Assembly (NCBI GenBank): GCA_036172245.1
Contig: JAYWIR010000002.1
Location: forward strand, 1,054,001-1,118,000
DNA: 64,000 nt
Direction of reading: 5' to 3'
Source: Raillietiella orientalis
Taxonomy: Eukaryota
Each line of letters starts with the position of its first letter. Positions within the stretch are counted from its first letter, which is position 1. The notes beneath the pieces were generated by a model. That model was not told where the DNA came from. It saw nothing but the letters and a program-made list of their open reading frames with translations, and made no database searches. The position numbers and the translations under genes are program-made. This document shows, in pieces, positions 40,341 through 52,539 of this stretch.

Positions 40341-41869
40341 GCAGATTCAGGGAGCAAAAAGAGACGCTTCCCTACCCTACCTCCTCCCCTTCTTTCTTCT
40401 GTGGGAACTTTTTAGCTCTTCAAAATCCACCGGGACTCCCGGAGGTCCCTCCTCGAAGGTCCAGCTCGCAGGGTGTCCCCGCTGCTTTGGAAACGGCTTC
40501 TTCTCCCTGCCCCCCCCTTCCTCGGACGGGAGTCGCCTTATCCCCGTCCGCAGCCCATCGATGACAATAGCTTCTTCATCAAAGGATCCTTCAGGAACAC
40601 CTCCTGCCTACCTGGATTAGCATAATTCCCGCTTTTCCATTAATCTAAGGACGCACCAACGACGCTCAGGGGATCGGAGGAAGAGGAGCGGGCAGCGAGT
40701 GCGCAGATATAAAGGCGTATCAATTTCCCCTAAATAGCAGGAGTGCCGCCGAGAGAGGGGGACGGGAAGACGCAAGGAGAACGAGGAAGAAATAATAAGC
40801 CGGCTAGTTTTCGCCGGGAGAATACGAAATGGGGAACGCGGAGGGGAAGCGCCGTCGGAGAGAACCGGCGGGTTAACGTCGGTTTGTCGATTCCTGGTGA
40901 TTATCCCTCTGCTTTACCTGCATCATCACGCCGGATTGTAATTGGGATAGCAGGAAGCCGGATGATGCCGGGATCGAGGAGCAAAGATCACCCATCGGAT
41001 TACGTCCCTGGAAATTCTCTTTTTCCTTCCTCCTGTTTTTGGGAAAAACGATCTACGAGCATTTCGAAAAATCATCTTTCGTTGCCAGGGAGATTCCCGG
41101 TCTCTGATCTCTGGAACTTTCCCAAAGGAATAATAAGAGCAGGGATCTCGCTCCTCCTGACTTCATCATCAATTGCAGGTCGCTCCTTCTTTTCCTCTTT
41201 TGTTTGTTTGTTTGTTTTCCTATTTCTCTCATCTCTCTTTCCCTCTTCGCCGCGTGGGAGAAGCGTTTGGATCGTCCGTTCCTGGGAAGAGTGACTTCTG
41301 CGGGAGGTGCGAGGGCAGGTCACACAAGGGAGGCAACAGAACGGGCGGTATTCACTGCTGCTGTCCCGTGCGCGACCGATCCCCTCAAAGGACTTCCGGA
41401 TTCCAGGGATCCTTGGCAACGGAGAGGGGCTGCAGGATTTCCGTGAGATCCTCCAGCTAGATCCATGTCTGAGGAGAAGTCAGAGAGAGAGGGGAGGGGA
41501 TCGGCGCAAGGATCTCACGAGAAGGAGTTGAGAAGTGAGCAGGAAAAGAACTCTTTTCGCGGGATTCAAATGCTTTCCTCCTCTTCCTCTTCAGAAAGGA
41601 AGGGAGGGAGAGGGGAAAGGAAAGGCGGTGGATGTTCCTCACCGATTTCCCATCCGCTTTCCTTCTTCCCCCACCCCCTCTCTGTCTCGTTCCCTATTCC
41701 TCTTCCCTCTCCCAGTCTGCACGTGCTCCCTCCGTCGGCGCATCGTGCGCTCGCAGTGAAGGAAGGAAACGCGTGAGAGCGACTTTGCTCCCTGGTGGCA
41801 GCAGCGGCTTTCAGATGCCGCACGCCCAGTTGGGAGGCGCCTCCGGGTGAATGGATGTAAAGGAGACGA

Positions 41870-43480
41870 TGGTTCTTGGACGGGCAGGAAGCCGCCGGCT
41901 ATCCCAAGAAAAGAAACTGCCACCTTTTTTCACCTTCTTCCGAGATAAACCGCGGACACTGCCTGCCGCGGATCCCGGGAGCGGAAGCTGAGGCTACCTC
42001 CGCGGTCTGCAGGCGAAGGACGAGGTACGCAGGGGGAAGAGCAGTTCCTGGGATTCGGGGAGTTCTCATCCGCTTTTGATCCGTCCAAGGACCCGCCTTC
42101 CTCCCTACAAGAACGCGCTTCCAGCAGCCGGATGAGTGACCGAAAGACCACCCTCCGAGGGAACTTCATGCACTTCCGGGAACCGGCTTGGTGGACAGGC
42201 ACTCACTGAGAGATGAGTAAGCTGCTGGACCTTGCCGGAGGAATGTCCCTTCTCACCGGGTGGGGACTGCTCCCGGGAGAGCTCTACTCGTCTTCCTTCT
42301 GAGCGTCACGCTTTCCACGGGATATTCCACCATAGAGCTGTCACCGTGGTTGTCACCATCATTCCGATTCCCACCTTAGGATCTCAGATCGTAAAAAAGG
42401 GAAACTACAGGAATCTCCATCACATCATGAAGACACTTCGAACGCTACACGGAACCCTTGTTTCCTCGTTGAACTCTATTTCTTGTATCCCCTTGTTATG
42501 TGTTGCATCCTTTCTCCTTGCCCGTTTCGTTCATCTCTTGCATACTGAATCCACTGCCCTCGGGATAATTGACTCGATAGAAAGCTGTGGTCTTATGTTG
42601 GAAATTCCTCATTATTTCCAAAAAGATGGATGCTCCAGCTCAGTGTTCCTTTACGATTTCCGGACCTCTCTATGGAAACGCTCTGCGATCTTCCTTCACT
42701 AATTGCCCTCTCCCTCCCTCCGCCCTTCTGCCTGCTTTGAGTGATAATCGAAACCCCGCTCGCTGCTCTTCCTCTTCGCTCTTCCTTTACGATGGCCGTG
42801 CGCTCTCCCCACTATGCCATTCACTCCTTGGCTCCCATTCTTCCTTATCGATCGCGGAGTATCTTTGAAGTGGCCATGCCACTCGAGGCTCCTGCCAATC
42901 TTGGTTATCCCCTTCCGCTTCGTGGTCAAGAAAAATAAAACGCCTTCCCGATGAGCCTCCCTGCAACAAGTTTTCCTACAGGTTCCAGAAAGCTTTCCCG
43001 TAGAGTCTCCGGAGCTTCAAGCTCTGCATGCCGACGTCACCCCCTGAAAAACAGGGACGCGTTTATCCAGAGATGCGACGTCTGCAGATTCGTTTCTGGC
43101 ACGGATCTTACGCGCAGAAAGGGTTCTTTTCGGATGCCGCATCATGCGTCCGCTGCAAGTGATCTTGCGCTGGCTCCGTTCCGTTCGCCGGAAGCGTTGC
43201 TGAGCATTTGTCTTGAAGCATCTCTTCTGCCACGGTACTCAAACCCACATCTGTCCCCTTGACAACGATCCCAAAACAAATTTCGTCTCCAAAAGCACGG
43301 ATACGCTAGACGCGTCGCCGGAGAGCACTCTCAGTTTCGAAGCGTCAGTGCCTTACTTTCTCTCTCTGATGATAGAGAACCACAGTCGAGAAGTCTTTGA
43401 GCATTTCAGCTACACCTTTGCTGAGGACTTTCTTGGAAGAAGAGTTGGGTGCATGGGAGCCCTTCAATGGGTGGGCGGGG
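41870..43480 (+). mobile_element. Decayed DIRS-like RT-RH fragment
   Basis: AAGYP..PGIRGVLIRF (ORF 41876); LLDLA (~42222); ALGIIDSIESCGL (ORF 42232); HSLAPILPYR (ORF 42741); ICPLDN..AEDFLGR..QW (ORF 43213). Confidence 0.55.
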
Positions 43481-43599
43481 GGGAGAGGAAGTAGAGAGCA
43501 GCCATGAGAACAAGTAGCAAGGTTCCTCAGCACTCTTCAATTCTAGAGAATTCGTTTTCCACCAGAACAACGTGATGATCCGAGTCTGCTGATAAGATT

Positions 43600-44000
43600 C
43601 GGCCACTGCCACAATGAGGGTGGTCTCCATTGCGTCGCGATGGCCGACCTAGGTTAGGTAGGCATCTTCACAGGTTGCTCATCACCTTGTATTGGTTTAG
43701 TTCCATAGATATAAAGACGAATCTTCCAGGAAAATCTTAGGTCTCTCCTCCCTAAGACTTTGAATCCAACCTAGTGAAGAAACAACATCAGGAGCGACTG
43801 AAGAGTAACTGCATCAGATGACTTTTCCTGGAAAGCTCTGGTTCCTCTCACGAAGGCTCTACCAGTAAAATTCGACAAGTTCAGTTCCAGAACCAGGAAT
43901 TCGATGCCCCTAAGGAGGAAAAACAAGAAGCAACAAAATGGAATCCCGACTTCTTTCCATTGGGTTCACTGCCTGGAAAGCCAGCCGACTCCCGATAGGA
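43600..44000 (-). mobile_element. Decayed DIRS-like pol N-terminus
   Basis: PIGSRLAF (43999-43976, like pvGgRL..f); PGRF (~43730); METTL (~43630, like FkMET). Confidence 0.5.
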
Positions 44001-45099
44001 AGGGATAATCTTCACGATGGAGTTCCCATTCTGCAAGCTGCATTCCTGTCCACTAGTTCAGTAGTCCTTCCAGCACCCATCGTTCTAACTGAATCTGTCA
44101 GATCGTTGGATGCGCTGACTGCAGTGTCCGCTGCGATTAGCAATTTCTCCGGCTGCGCGCTTTCTGCTTAGAGGTTTCAACAAGCAGACGCCCCAGCTCT
44201 TGTGTCCAGGAAGGTCGATTGGGCGACCTCCGGTAACACGATTTACCCCTAGTTCGTTCCCTTGTCCCGGTTGGAATTTCGGGCTATCGTTCGGCCGCCT
44301 CCTCACTCTCGAGAACCCAGCGCAGAGCCCGCATCCTGCTCTTCCTGAATCAGAGGCAGGGATCTATGGAAAGCAATTCGAGTCATCTCTCTTCTTTCGT
44401 TTTGCCCGTTACTCTCACTGTTATGTTTTCTCCTCGTCCTTTGTTGCCCTCGTCGTGTAACCCTTCAATTGTGCCCCCTCTGCTCCTCGTCATGTATTTC
44501 TTGTAACCTATTTTTCTCGACTTTGGGCCGTGTATCTTCCAGTTTTGCTAAGGAAACTGCAAAATGATTTATCTTTCCTCTTTTCTCCTCTCCTATGATA
44601 TTCATCACCGAGAGTCATCCTCCAAACGTTTTTTTTTTTTTTTTTTGGATTCAGATCTTCAGGATATATAATGAACCAGACGGCGTGTCCTTTAGGCTGC
44701 CGAATGTAGCCGTTTCTACAAAAACTGTGCCAGATAACTGATTCCAATCGCACCGATCCGGAATCCTAGGCAGGTAGCAGGAAATCCGTCAAACTTGCTT
44801 TGCCACTTCTTGCGATCGCACCGTGGGCTTTCGGAAATTTTCAGCCACCTCCTCTGAAAAGAGTCCTTGCAACCTCCGCGGCCGAGCTCGTTTCTCCCGT
44901 GCGGACAGGCGTTTCGCGACGTTTCGCTACACAATTTGGTTGCTCCGGCCGCCTTGAAATATCCCAAGGAATCCTGCGTCTTCCGTTCAGAGAGTCCGAA
45001 GCACGTTCAGCGAGCTCTCTCGACCTTCCTCATCTCCTAGCGAAACTGGGAGGCAGGTGACTGGAGGATCCACCAGCGGGCATCGGACTGCGCAGACAA

Positions 45100-45460
45100 G
45101 TTCCAGAAACACCCCGTGCTTAGTAAACATCGGCTGCGGTAAAGCCGGATCGAGGTGACTTGAATGTGGACGGAAGAGTCTCGTCTGAGCAACATCTTCT
45201 ATACATCTCATCTTCGACTGCTTGAAGAAGGACCGCAAAGCCGGTCTTCCTGCAAGCAACTAAAAGTCCTCGTCTCGCGGGCGCAAGGAAGAGGGTCCAA
45301 ACCGGTGCGTAGGATTGATTCTTCCATAGTCCACCAGCGGTTGGGCTCATGTTATGAAAAGCAGGAACTTTGGTGCGTCCTGCGCGTTTTCATTGGCACT
45401 TTTGGGACCCTCAGAGGCAAGGTTCCGTCCTCCTCGCATGCTGAGCATCTTCCCTGATGA
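45100..45460 (+). mobile_element. Decayed DIRS-like RNase H fragment
   Basis: IGCG (~45130, like GWG); WTEESRLSNI..VRRIDSSIV..YEKQ (ORF 45164). Confidence 0.45.
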
Positions 45461-45699
45461 TGCGCCCAACGTATGGCCTGTTTTTTGGAAAAGTTCTCTC
45501 TGTTGAACTTCTGCTCTGCGTCCTTCCCCTCACCATGTTCGCGAAGAGAATGCTCCCCAAGAGCGCTCGGCCCTCTCGACTTACAAGACCTACAGGCCCC
45601 CTGGCTCATTCGTGAAAATAAACATGTCAGGACGGCTCATTAGTCGGGATCGGCTCCGTCCATCCTCGATTAAGCTGTATCTTTAGGCTCTCATCAAAC

Positions 45700-48170
45700 G
45701 CATATTGTCTTCGACAACAGAACGAACGTTATCTGCCTGCCCCCAAAACGCTGTGCTGGCAATCTTCGAATCCAATCTCGGACGGCGACGAAAACAAAAA
45801 GTGCAGAGGAACAGGGGCCAAAAAAATGGCCACCAGGGGAAACATAGAGGGAAATCACCAGAAATCCAACAATGGTCACGGTGTTCCAGGAATTGATGCT
45901 GTTTCGAATGGCAGGCCGAAGCTGCTTGCCTCCTTCTGGTTTCCAGAGGAACACTCGTAGCGCAGAGCATACCAGACGGCGGATTCTTCTGGCTTCTATG
46001 GAGCTGAACTGCAGGACACCATGGCCAACCAACAAAAGCAGTGCGCAGACCACCCACAAGTCCGCATTTTCCCTGGCTGATGATCGAGCCGCGGCTGTCC
46101 AGCCGCATGCTGCACAGAATAAGCCAATCTTCCCCTATTTTATCTCTTTTTTTTTGTTGTTGTTGTTTTTTGGAGCGACGTCTTATACTTCTCTGGATAG
46201 CAGTACTTCGAGTGTTTTAACGGGTGCATTTGCCTTGTGTGAGCCCATGAGGGCACGGCCTTTCATTGCATTCGAAAATCATCAACCACCTCGGAAAAGT
46301 GGTGAGCCGGGTGGAAGGAAATCGACGAAAAGACGGAGTTCTTCGGAAACTCACCTTCGGTACCGAATTCGGCACTGCCAAAACAAAAAAATGCCTTCCT
46401 GTGACCATTCACTTCTGCCGATTTTTTCCATCTTTCTAATTGTCTACAAGTGCCGAATAACTTACACAGCCTAAGTAATCTCCTGCCAGGATTAAACAAA
46501 GACCGTCAGTCTTTCAATCGGAGGATTTCTACAAGAACTTGGGAACTTGGGAGCTCGGTTCTAGGAACCGAAGAGGTCCGTAAATAATTCACTGGTTGCA
46601 GGAAGATAGCGAATACTTCGACTCCAACAGTTAGTTTTTATGGGCTTCTGAGAAGGACAAGAATATTACCTATTCCACCTGCGGAAACTACTCAGGAAAG
46701 ATGGAACAAAAAATATTCAAGTCAGGCGATCTGAATGATGTTTCTTGATATTTCCGGTGAAGTATCTGCATAAGGACATCAGTTTATTAAACGGCAACTT
46801 TCGCTGAAACCCTGGATTAGAACTTTTCTCTACTGCTGTCTTCCAATTTTACTCATCCTTTAGTTTCGATGCCGTCTCTCTTTAGATGCACTGAGGCACT
46901 GCTGCCATAGATAGAAGCCCAGAATTGCCAGTTCCGGCGAACTCTAACGACGGACTTTTCAACTAACCGTTGAAATCCCAACCCCGTATGCTGAATTTAT
47001 GTTTCACATGACGTGCTGTGAAGGGAACAACTACCAGCAGAACCTTCGCTAGGTTGGCTTCTTAACGGAGGAAAATTGAATTTCGGAGACTGTGTACCGT
47101 TTGAGACTATCTTCATATATCTCAGGAACGCGCAAAGGAAACATTGTCTGCCACAGACGCAAATGTTTCCGCAAGCCAAATTGGATTTCCCACTCCGGTT
47201 CCATGGCCTGGACCGTGTGCCCAAGGTGCCCAGGTTTCAGAGCAGGGGCGAGGAGGGAATTCATCACCGCTCAAAAAATCATTTTGCGGCAAATGCACCG
47301 GACGCGAGCTCCCGTGCTCCCATAACCGACGGCACGAACGCTTTGAAAAAGTGCCTTCGTGTCAGTCGTGGCCTGCTCAGAAGCGCGCCTTTGCAGGTCT
47401 TGCTCGCAGGGAGACCTCAGCTCGTTATTAGGCTTGTTCGACGTTGTGTTTGGGGGAGGCAGAGGGGACAGAACACGTCGCGTCGATGCTTAAATATGCG
47501 GACCAACTCTCTCGATGATTACGATGTAAACTAAGCAGGAAATCGAGCAGCGACGACAGAAGCTCTCTGATCTTGTCCAGGAAGAGTCCTTGTCCCTGAA
47601 GGTCCCCAGATGCTTTCCATTTGGTGGCTTACGAGACGAATGTGTCTTGCAAATTGGAAAGTTCATGGTCCATTCGAAAATTCAAAAACGCAACAAAGAA
47701 ATTTGAACGGCAAAGCACAGTTCTTGGACGGTGTTCCCAGTTAATCTTGCAAAGCTGGAAAAGCGGATAGTCTTTCGGAAAGCTTCCGAGAGAAAAGTTG
47801 TATTTGGTGCTCATTGAGGTCTTCAGATTTCTCTCCATAGTGGGCGAGATTTGTGCTCTGGAGGACTAGCAAACAGGAAGCAGCATTTCAAAGAGCCCCA
47901 CATGGAAGGTGAGAAGAGTCCTTGAAAAGACCTCGTCGTTTAGTTCCCCCCTTAGCATGGAACGTTCCACTGACTGGAGCTTTATTCTGCCCTGCATCTC
48001 TTTCAGCGTATCTCTGTTTATTTGCGTAGTTCTTCACTGCAGCCATCTTGGAAAATTGTTGATCGAAAAAACGCGTCCGATCGATTCGAGCGTGTCACCT
48101 GGACTCAGCTGCGTGCTATCCGAGTACGTAATTCTTGGATCAGTGGCTCCGAATTTTGGGAACCTTCTTC
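45700..48170 (-). mobile_element. Decayed DIRS-like retrotransposon, RT-RH-MT-YR traceable
   Basis: RT: KFGATDPRIT (48156-48127). RH: SWSAYL (~47505). RH/MT: QAMEPEWEI..LW..VPEIY (ORF 47049-47267). YR: SFRRFP..FPRW (ORF 46217-46408) and LVCSALRVFL..LRP..NSINSW (ORF 45694-46059). Confidence 0.65.
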
Positions 48171-49339
48171 AAAGCACCACCTCTAATCCTTGGATGTATG
48201 GCTAGATTAGCCAGCCAATTGCTTACGGGATGATGGCAACCGTGTGGTCTTACTAAACACTTCCGTTGTACAATCTCGCACGCACCCCACGTCCGATTGT
48301 ATGTACAGCTGGAGGAAAAGAAAAAAAAAAAAAGTCCCTCAAAGTCTACTCAAAAGTCGAGACGCGGAAGATCAGGTGATCTCGAGTTCTTACCCTGTGG
48401 CGCTTGAAACAAATTCGCTCTGGATGACTCCCCGCGAGCTTACCAACTACAATTACGAAATACAGAAGAGTGCATCAGGAGTAGGATAGAGCTTGAAACA
48501 CTTTGCATAGCTTTCTTTAGTAATTTGCTTGGTTTCTCGTTTACGCAACACGTGTATTAAATATGTGGAAGTGAAGCTTCCTATGTTGAAATTCATTAGA
48601 GAGGCGTGAGGAAGTGCCTTGTCATGATAGAAATCAAACACCTGTAATTATTGATGACTTTCAGGGAGATGAGATAATTAGCATGAGAACGTACATGATT
48701 GTAATAGTGAGATAAGTATCCACATGCGACAGATGTATTTAAGTATACGGCTTGAGGGTGTACTTATTTCGAATAAATGGCTCGTAGCAAAGGATAGCTA
48801 CCTAGAACGAGATTAACCAGAGCAGCGCACTTCGCAAGGATCGCCCGAGTCAAGGCAGAACTTCAGGTAAAAAAAAATGCAAACGGAAACGGAAGCGTCG
48901 AGACGGCGTCAAGAACTGAAATCAGCTTTCCTGTTTTCAGCTCCACATTCTTGCAGCTTCCTTCTCTGGTCTGTGCTAAAAGTGCGAACGGAAAACCTTT
49001 GTACCTCTCCTCGGATACCTGAATCCGAAACTTCCTGCATTCCGCTGGAGCCTCACTCCGGCGTTAGCTGGTCCCTTTCAGCGGAAAGGCTGATAGCAGG
49101 CTGCACACATACCAATGTCTCTCCCAAAGAGGAAGCTCCAGAGCCCTCAAAATCAGCAAGTCTTAAGAGTCAGTAGGATCAAAGTGCAGGATCTCTGGTG
49201 GTTCTGAGATGTCCAGACTCTCGCGTCTGACCTCGCTGCCCACTTCTTTCAGTACACTTCTTGGTAAGAAGAAAGGACTCTGACGTGGAAATCCCGATCA
49301 TTCATTTGGCAGAGGAAAATTCCTTCTCCCCCAGTAAGA

Positions 49340-50110
49340 CAAAGAAGCTGCAAAGGAAAAATGCAAGTACCTTCTCAGCAAAGGTCGCTGTCTCCTCGAG
49401 TTTTGACAACTCCACCTCACCGAGACTGCGGAGATCAACTTTCTTCAGAAAAGTTTACACACTTTTGTCCACGCCAGCGCTTCCGGTTCCCTAATGAAAC
49501 TCGAGTGACGCACAGATCGCAGACTCCTAGAAGCCAAAAAATTGTCAGGTTAAAAAATTATGGATCTCCTTCGTTCCGGTCCACGTACTTCACGCACTGG
49601 TCAATCATCTGTTGAAAACTGGCTTTCCGAAACACTTCTGACTATCACTTGCTTGATGAATCCGATGGCAATCTAAACTTTCTTAAGAAAATCCTTGAAA
49701 TGCTGCACGGAACTTTCAGCAAAGTAGACGCGAGGAAGTACGGTTTAGAATGATGATTTTGATTTGTCCCTGCTGCAAGTTTTGCCGGGCATCACTTTGC
49801 TGGCAGCCCAGCAAGAAGGAGCGAATTGCTACCCAGAAGATCTTGAGCTGTCTGGGGGAGAGAATGAGGGATTATGCAAGTTGGTTTCCCTGCATCCTTT
49901 GCATCTTCTGAAGGACACCGGTCCGTTCCTCTTTGTATCTTTTCAGATAGGACCATCTCCTCGTCCTTCTTAACAAGGAGGTTACACTTGCAATGGCGTC
50001 CCTGTTCTTCCCCATCTTTAGCCGAGTGTCGTGCCACGACTGTTCCAAGAAGGCAGCAGAGTATTTGTATGACTGACCTTTCCATTTATTTATTCTCCTT
50101 ACGCGCCTTT
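49340..50110 (+). mobile_element. Decayed DIRS-like RT end-RH fragment
   Basis: EKCK / VPSQQ (~49355-49381); GHRSVPLCIFSDRTISSSFLTRR..RATTVP..TDLS (ORF 49874). Confidence 0.55.
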
Positions 50111-50249
50111 TCGAAGTGGACTTCGATGACTGGCGGGTTGGTTACACAGCACCTGTTCTGAAGGTTTACGAATTAGTAGGAATGGGGGTCCTACTAATGT
50201 TATGTGTTTCTCGATTGCAAGACCACACTCCGACGAGATCAGGTTCAAA

Positions 50250-52340
50250 CCAAGATGATCATCCGAACTAGCACGAAATAAGCATGTGCTCCTAACTGGT
50301 CCAGAAGTGAAGCGCGAAGGGAAAGGAAAGCGTTTCGGAAAATTTGAGAAAGGGATGAAATGCATTTCAAGTGGAAGACTTCAAATGCATCATCAGGCAA
50401 CCCTCCTGCATTCTGCGCTAGTCTGTCAGTGGTACTCCTTTTGAAGATTCTGTGCTTTCGATTCAAGATGTGACGCTCGGCAAAGTTGGCGAATTCCTCG
50501 CGAGCCACATACTTAGAGATAACTCCTTTATATTTGTGCATCTCCAGCTGGCACAGAACACTGATTAGCTAACTACACCATCCTCGGCCTCAAAGTTTGC
50601 ATGCCATCCCATTCACCACTCAAAAGCTACGTTGCCGCGTGGGTATATGACAGTGCGTTGCAGAAATACTGTTGGAAACTTCATGAAGAATAAAACAAAA
50701 CGGCTCCTTTAGATGCTGGAGTATTTTAATTGAGAGCTTCTTGTTAGATGAGATCATCAGCAGATCACAACAGATCCCCTCCTTCCTAGATGTAGAGACC
50801 CAGCCACGAGGTTGATAAAAATCTCATGTGCGGAGAGAGAGAGAGGATGGGTACAAGTCCTTAACCACAAGTCATGGTGACTTTACATCATGCTGATGCC
50901 TCCACAAGAAAACAAGCAGCAGGAACTTACATCGGTCACACGGGAATCCCAATTTTCCGAAAAGCCACGCATTGAAAAAGTTCTTGCGCCGGTTTTCCTT
51001 TTCAAGTCGTCCGCTTCTCCTACGTCCATGAGCCCTCCGGCCTGAATTGAAAGATGAGCAGCAGGAGTGTTTTCAGCCTTGGATTTCTTATTCTTGCTTA
51101 TCGTTTCATCTTCAGTTCGGGGTGACGGTTTTCACGTTCTTCAAAGAAAGAATGCACATTCATCATGGCACTCGGAGCCCCGGCCATCCTTGCCTCGCTC
51201 CTCATGACTCAGGCTAACAACACTCGAATACCAATATCTGTTATGATGCTCGTTGATAGAGCATTCAAAATACCCCTACTTTTGCTGGGGCTCGGAAGAT
51301 AGTTCCAGTCCCCTTGGAGAGCTTTATCCGCAAAGATCCCGAGAATAGCAGAACCTCCTCCCTCGTGCAAGAGATTAGAAATGCAAATTACACTTCGGAG
51401 AACCCGAAGTGCTCACCAGCTCACCGCGGTGAGATACTGAACATGGAGCGTCCCGAAAGCACAGGGCTTCCACCGATGGAAGAGCAGAGATCCAGGTACG
51501 CGAAAGGGACCGATCTGAAAAAACCGTGAAGTGATTACCTTGGATTACCTTCCCAGGATTACCTTGGAAGCCATCGGAATCTAGGATATGTGGTTTTCGC
51601 CTCTATCAGGAACAAACCAAGCGGAAGAGTTACCGCTTCTACTTCTTGACACCCGAAGTAGCAACTCGTTATTCCCGTAAAGCAGCCGAATTGTATCTCG
51701 GAGCCTTTCTGAATTCAAAGGGGACTGGAACTATCTTCCGAGCCCCAGCAAAAGTAGGGGCAGTGATAGAAGGTTTTGGAAAGAAGGAAGAAACAAAAGA
51801 CGCCAGCAGCGTGTGATACTCGTGTGCCTTGCATTCTCATTCTTCATTCTGCATTATGGTCTCACTTATTATTTACGACTCACCATGAGCAGTGATCTTT
51901 TTCCCTGAATGGTAAACACACACAACATGCGGGACGAAATTGGCGAATAGGAATTTGCAAAAATCACGACTCGAGTGACATATGGAGAAGTGTGAATATG
52001 CATTCGACCTGCCTGGTTTCCTCTGATTTTGCTGTTTCTCTTTCATGAGGCCGTACCACCTGGAAAGGCACGAAAATCTTGATCACATCGTACACTCGCC
52101 CTCCGATCGCAAAGTCTTCCGAAGGAAGGTGACAGCTGACCTCACGTTTCGGAAAACTCTGAAGACCGAAAAGCGAAGCGCTGCTGAGATGTAGGAAGCT
52201 CTGGGTTTCCCATTCGGGGAGAAAACCTGATTCTGGAATTCCCAAAGGTGCACAGCAAACGAGTTTCTGAAAGACAAGATTTAAGAAGCATCCATTTCTG
52301 GAACTAGGTATGTCTAGGCTCCTTTTCAACTCGGGATACA
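50250..52340 (-). mobile_element. Decayed DIRS-like retrotransposon, RT-RH-MT-YR traceable
   Basis: RT: VFQKLV..LFGL..LPSEDF..GRVYD (ORF 51964-52341). RH: VFSD / AYL (~51525-51490). MT: IFADKALQGDWNYLPSP..ILNALS..EARMAGAP (51337 to ~51170). YR C-terminus: VFHLKCISSLSQIFRN..SL (ORF 50245-50541). Confidence 0.6.
51273..51760. repeat. Perfect 43-bp inverted repeat pair separated by 402 bp
   Basis: cccctacttttgctggggctcggaagatagttccagtcccctt (51273-51315) has its exact reverse complement at 51718-51760. Flanking bases mismatch on both sides. Confidence 0.97.
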
Positions 52341-52539
52341 AGAGCTTCTCCGGGTGGTTTCTGATTGGCTTCTGTTTCTAGAAAAAAAATTGAGCCATTT
52401 TTTTTGTTTTTTTTTTAAAAAAGAACGTTATGATCGAACCTACTGATTCTTGTCAACAACTAAGTACATTTTGTAGGAAGAGAGCATTTTGAGCAGGAAT
52501 GGGGTTCTCAGAAACGCAGAGATTCCATTTATAGAAAGG

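Noticed and set aside
51273-51760. MITE call for the 43-bp inverted repeat
   Set aside because: No target-site duplication, and relic coding motifs continue across the left arm. Kept as a repeat only.
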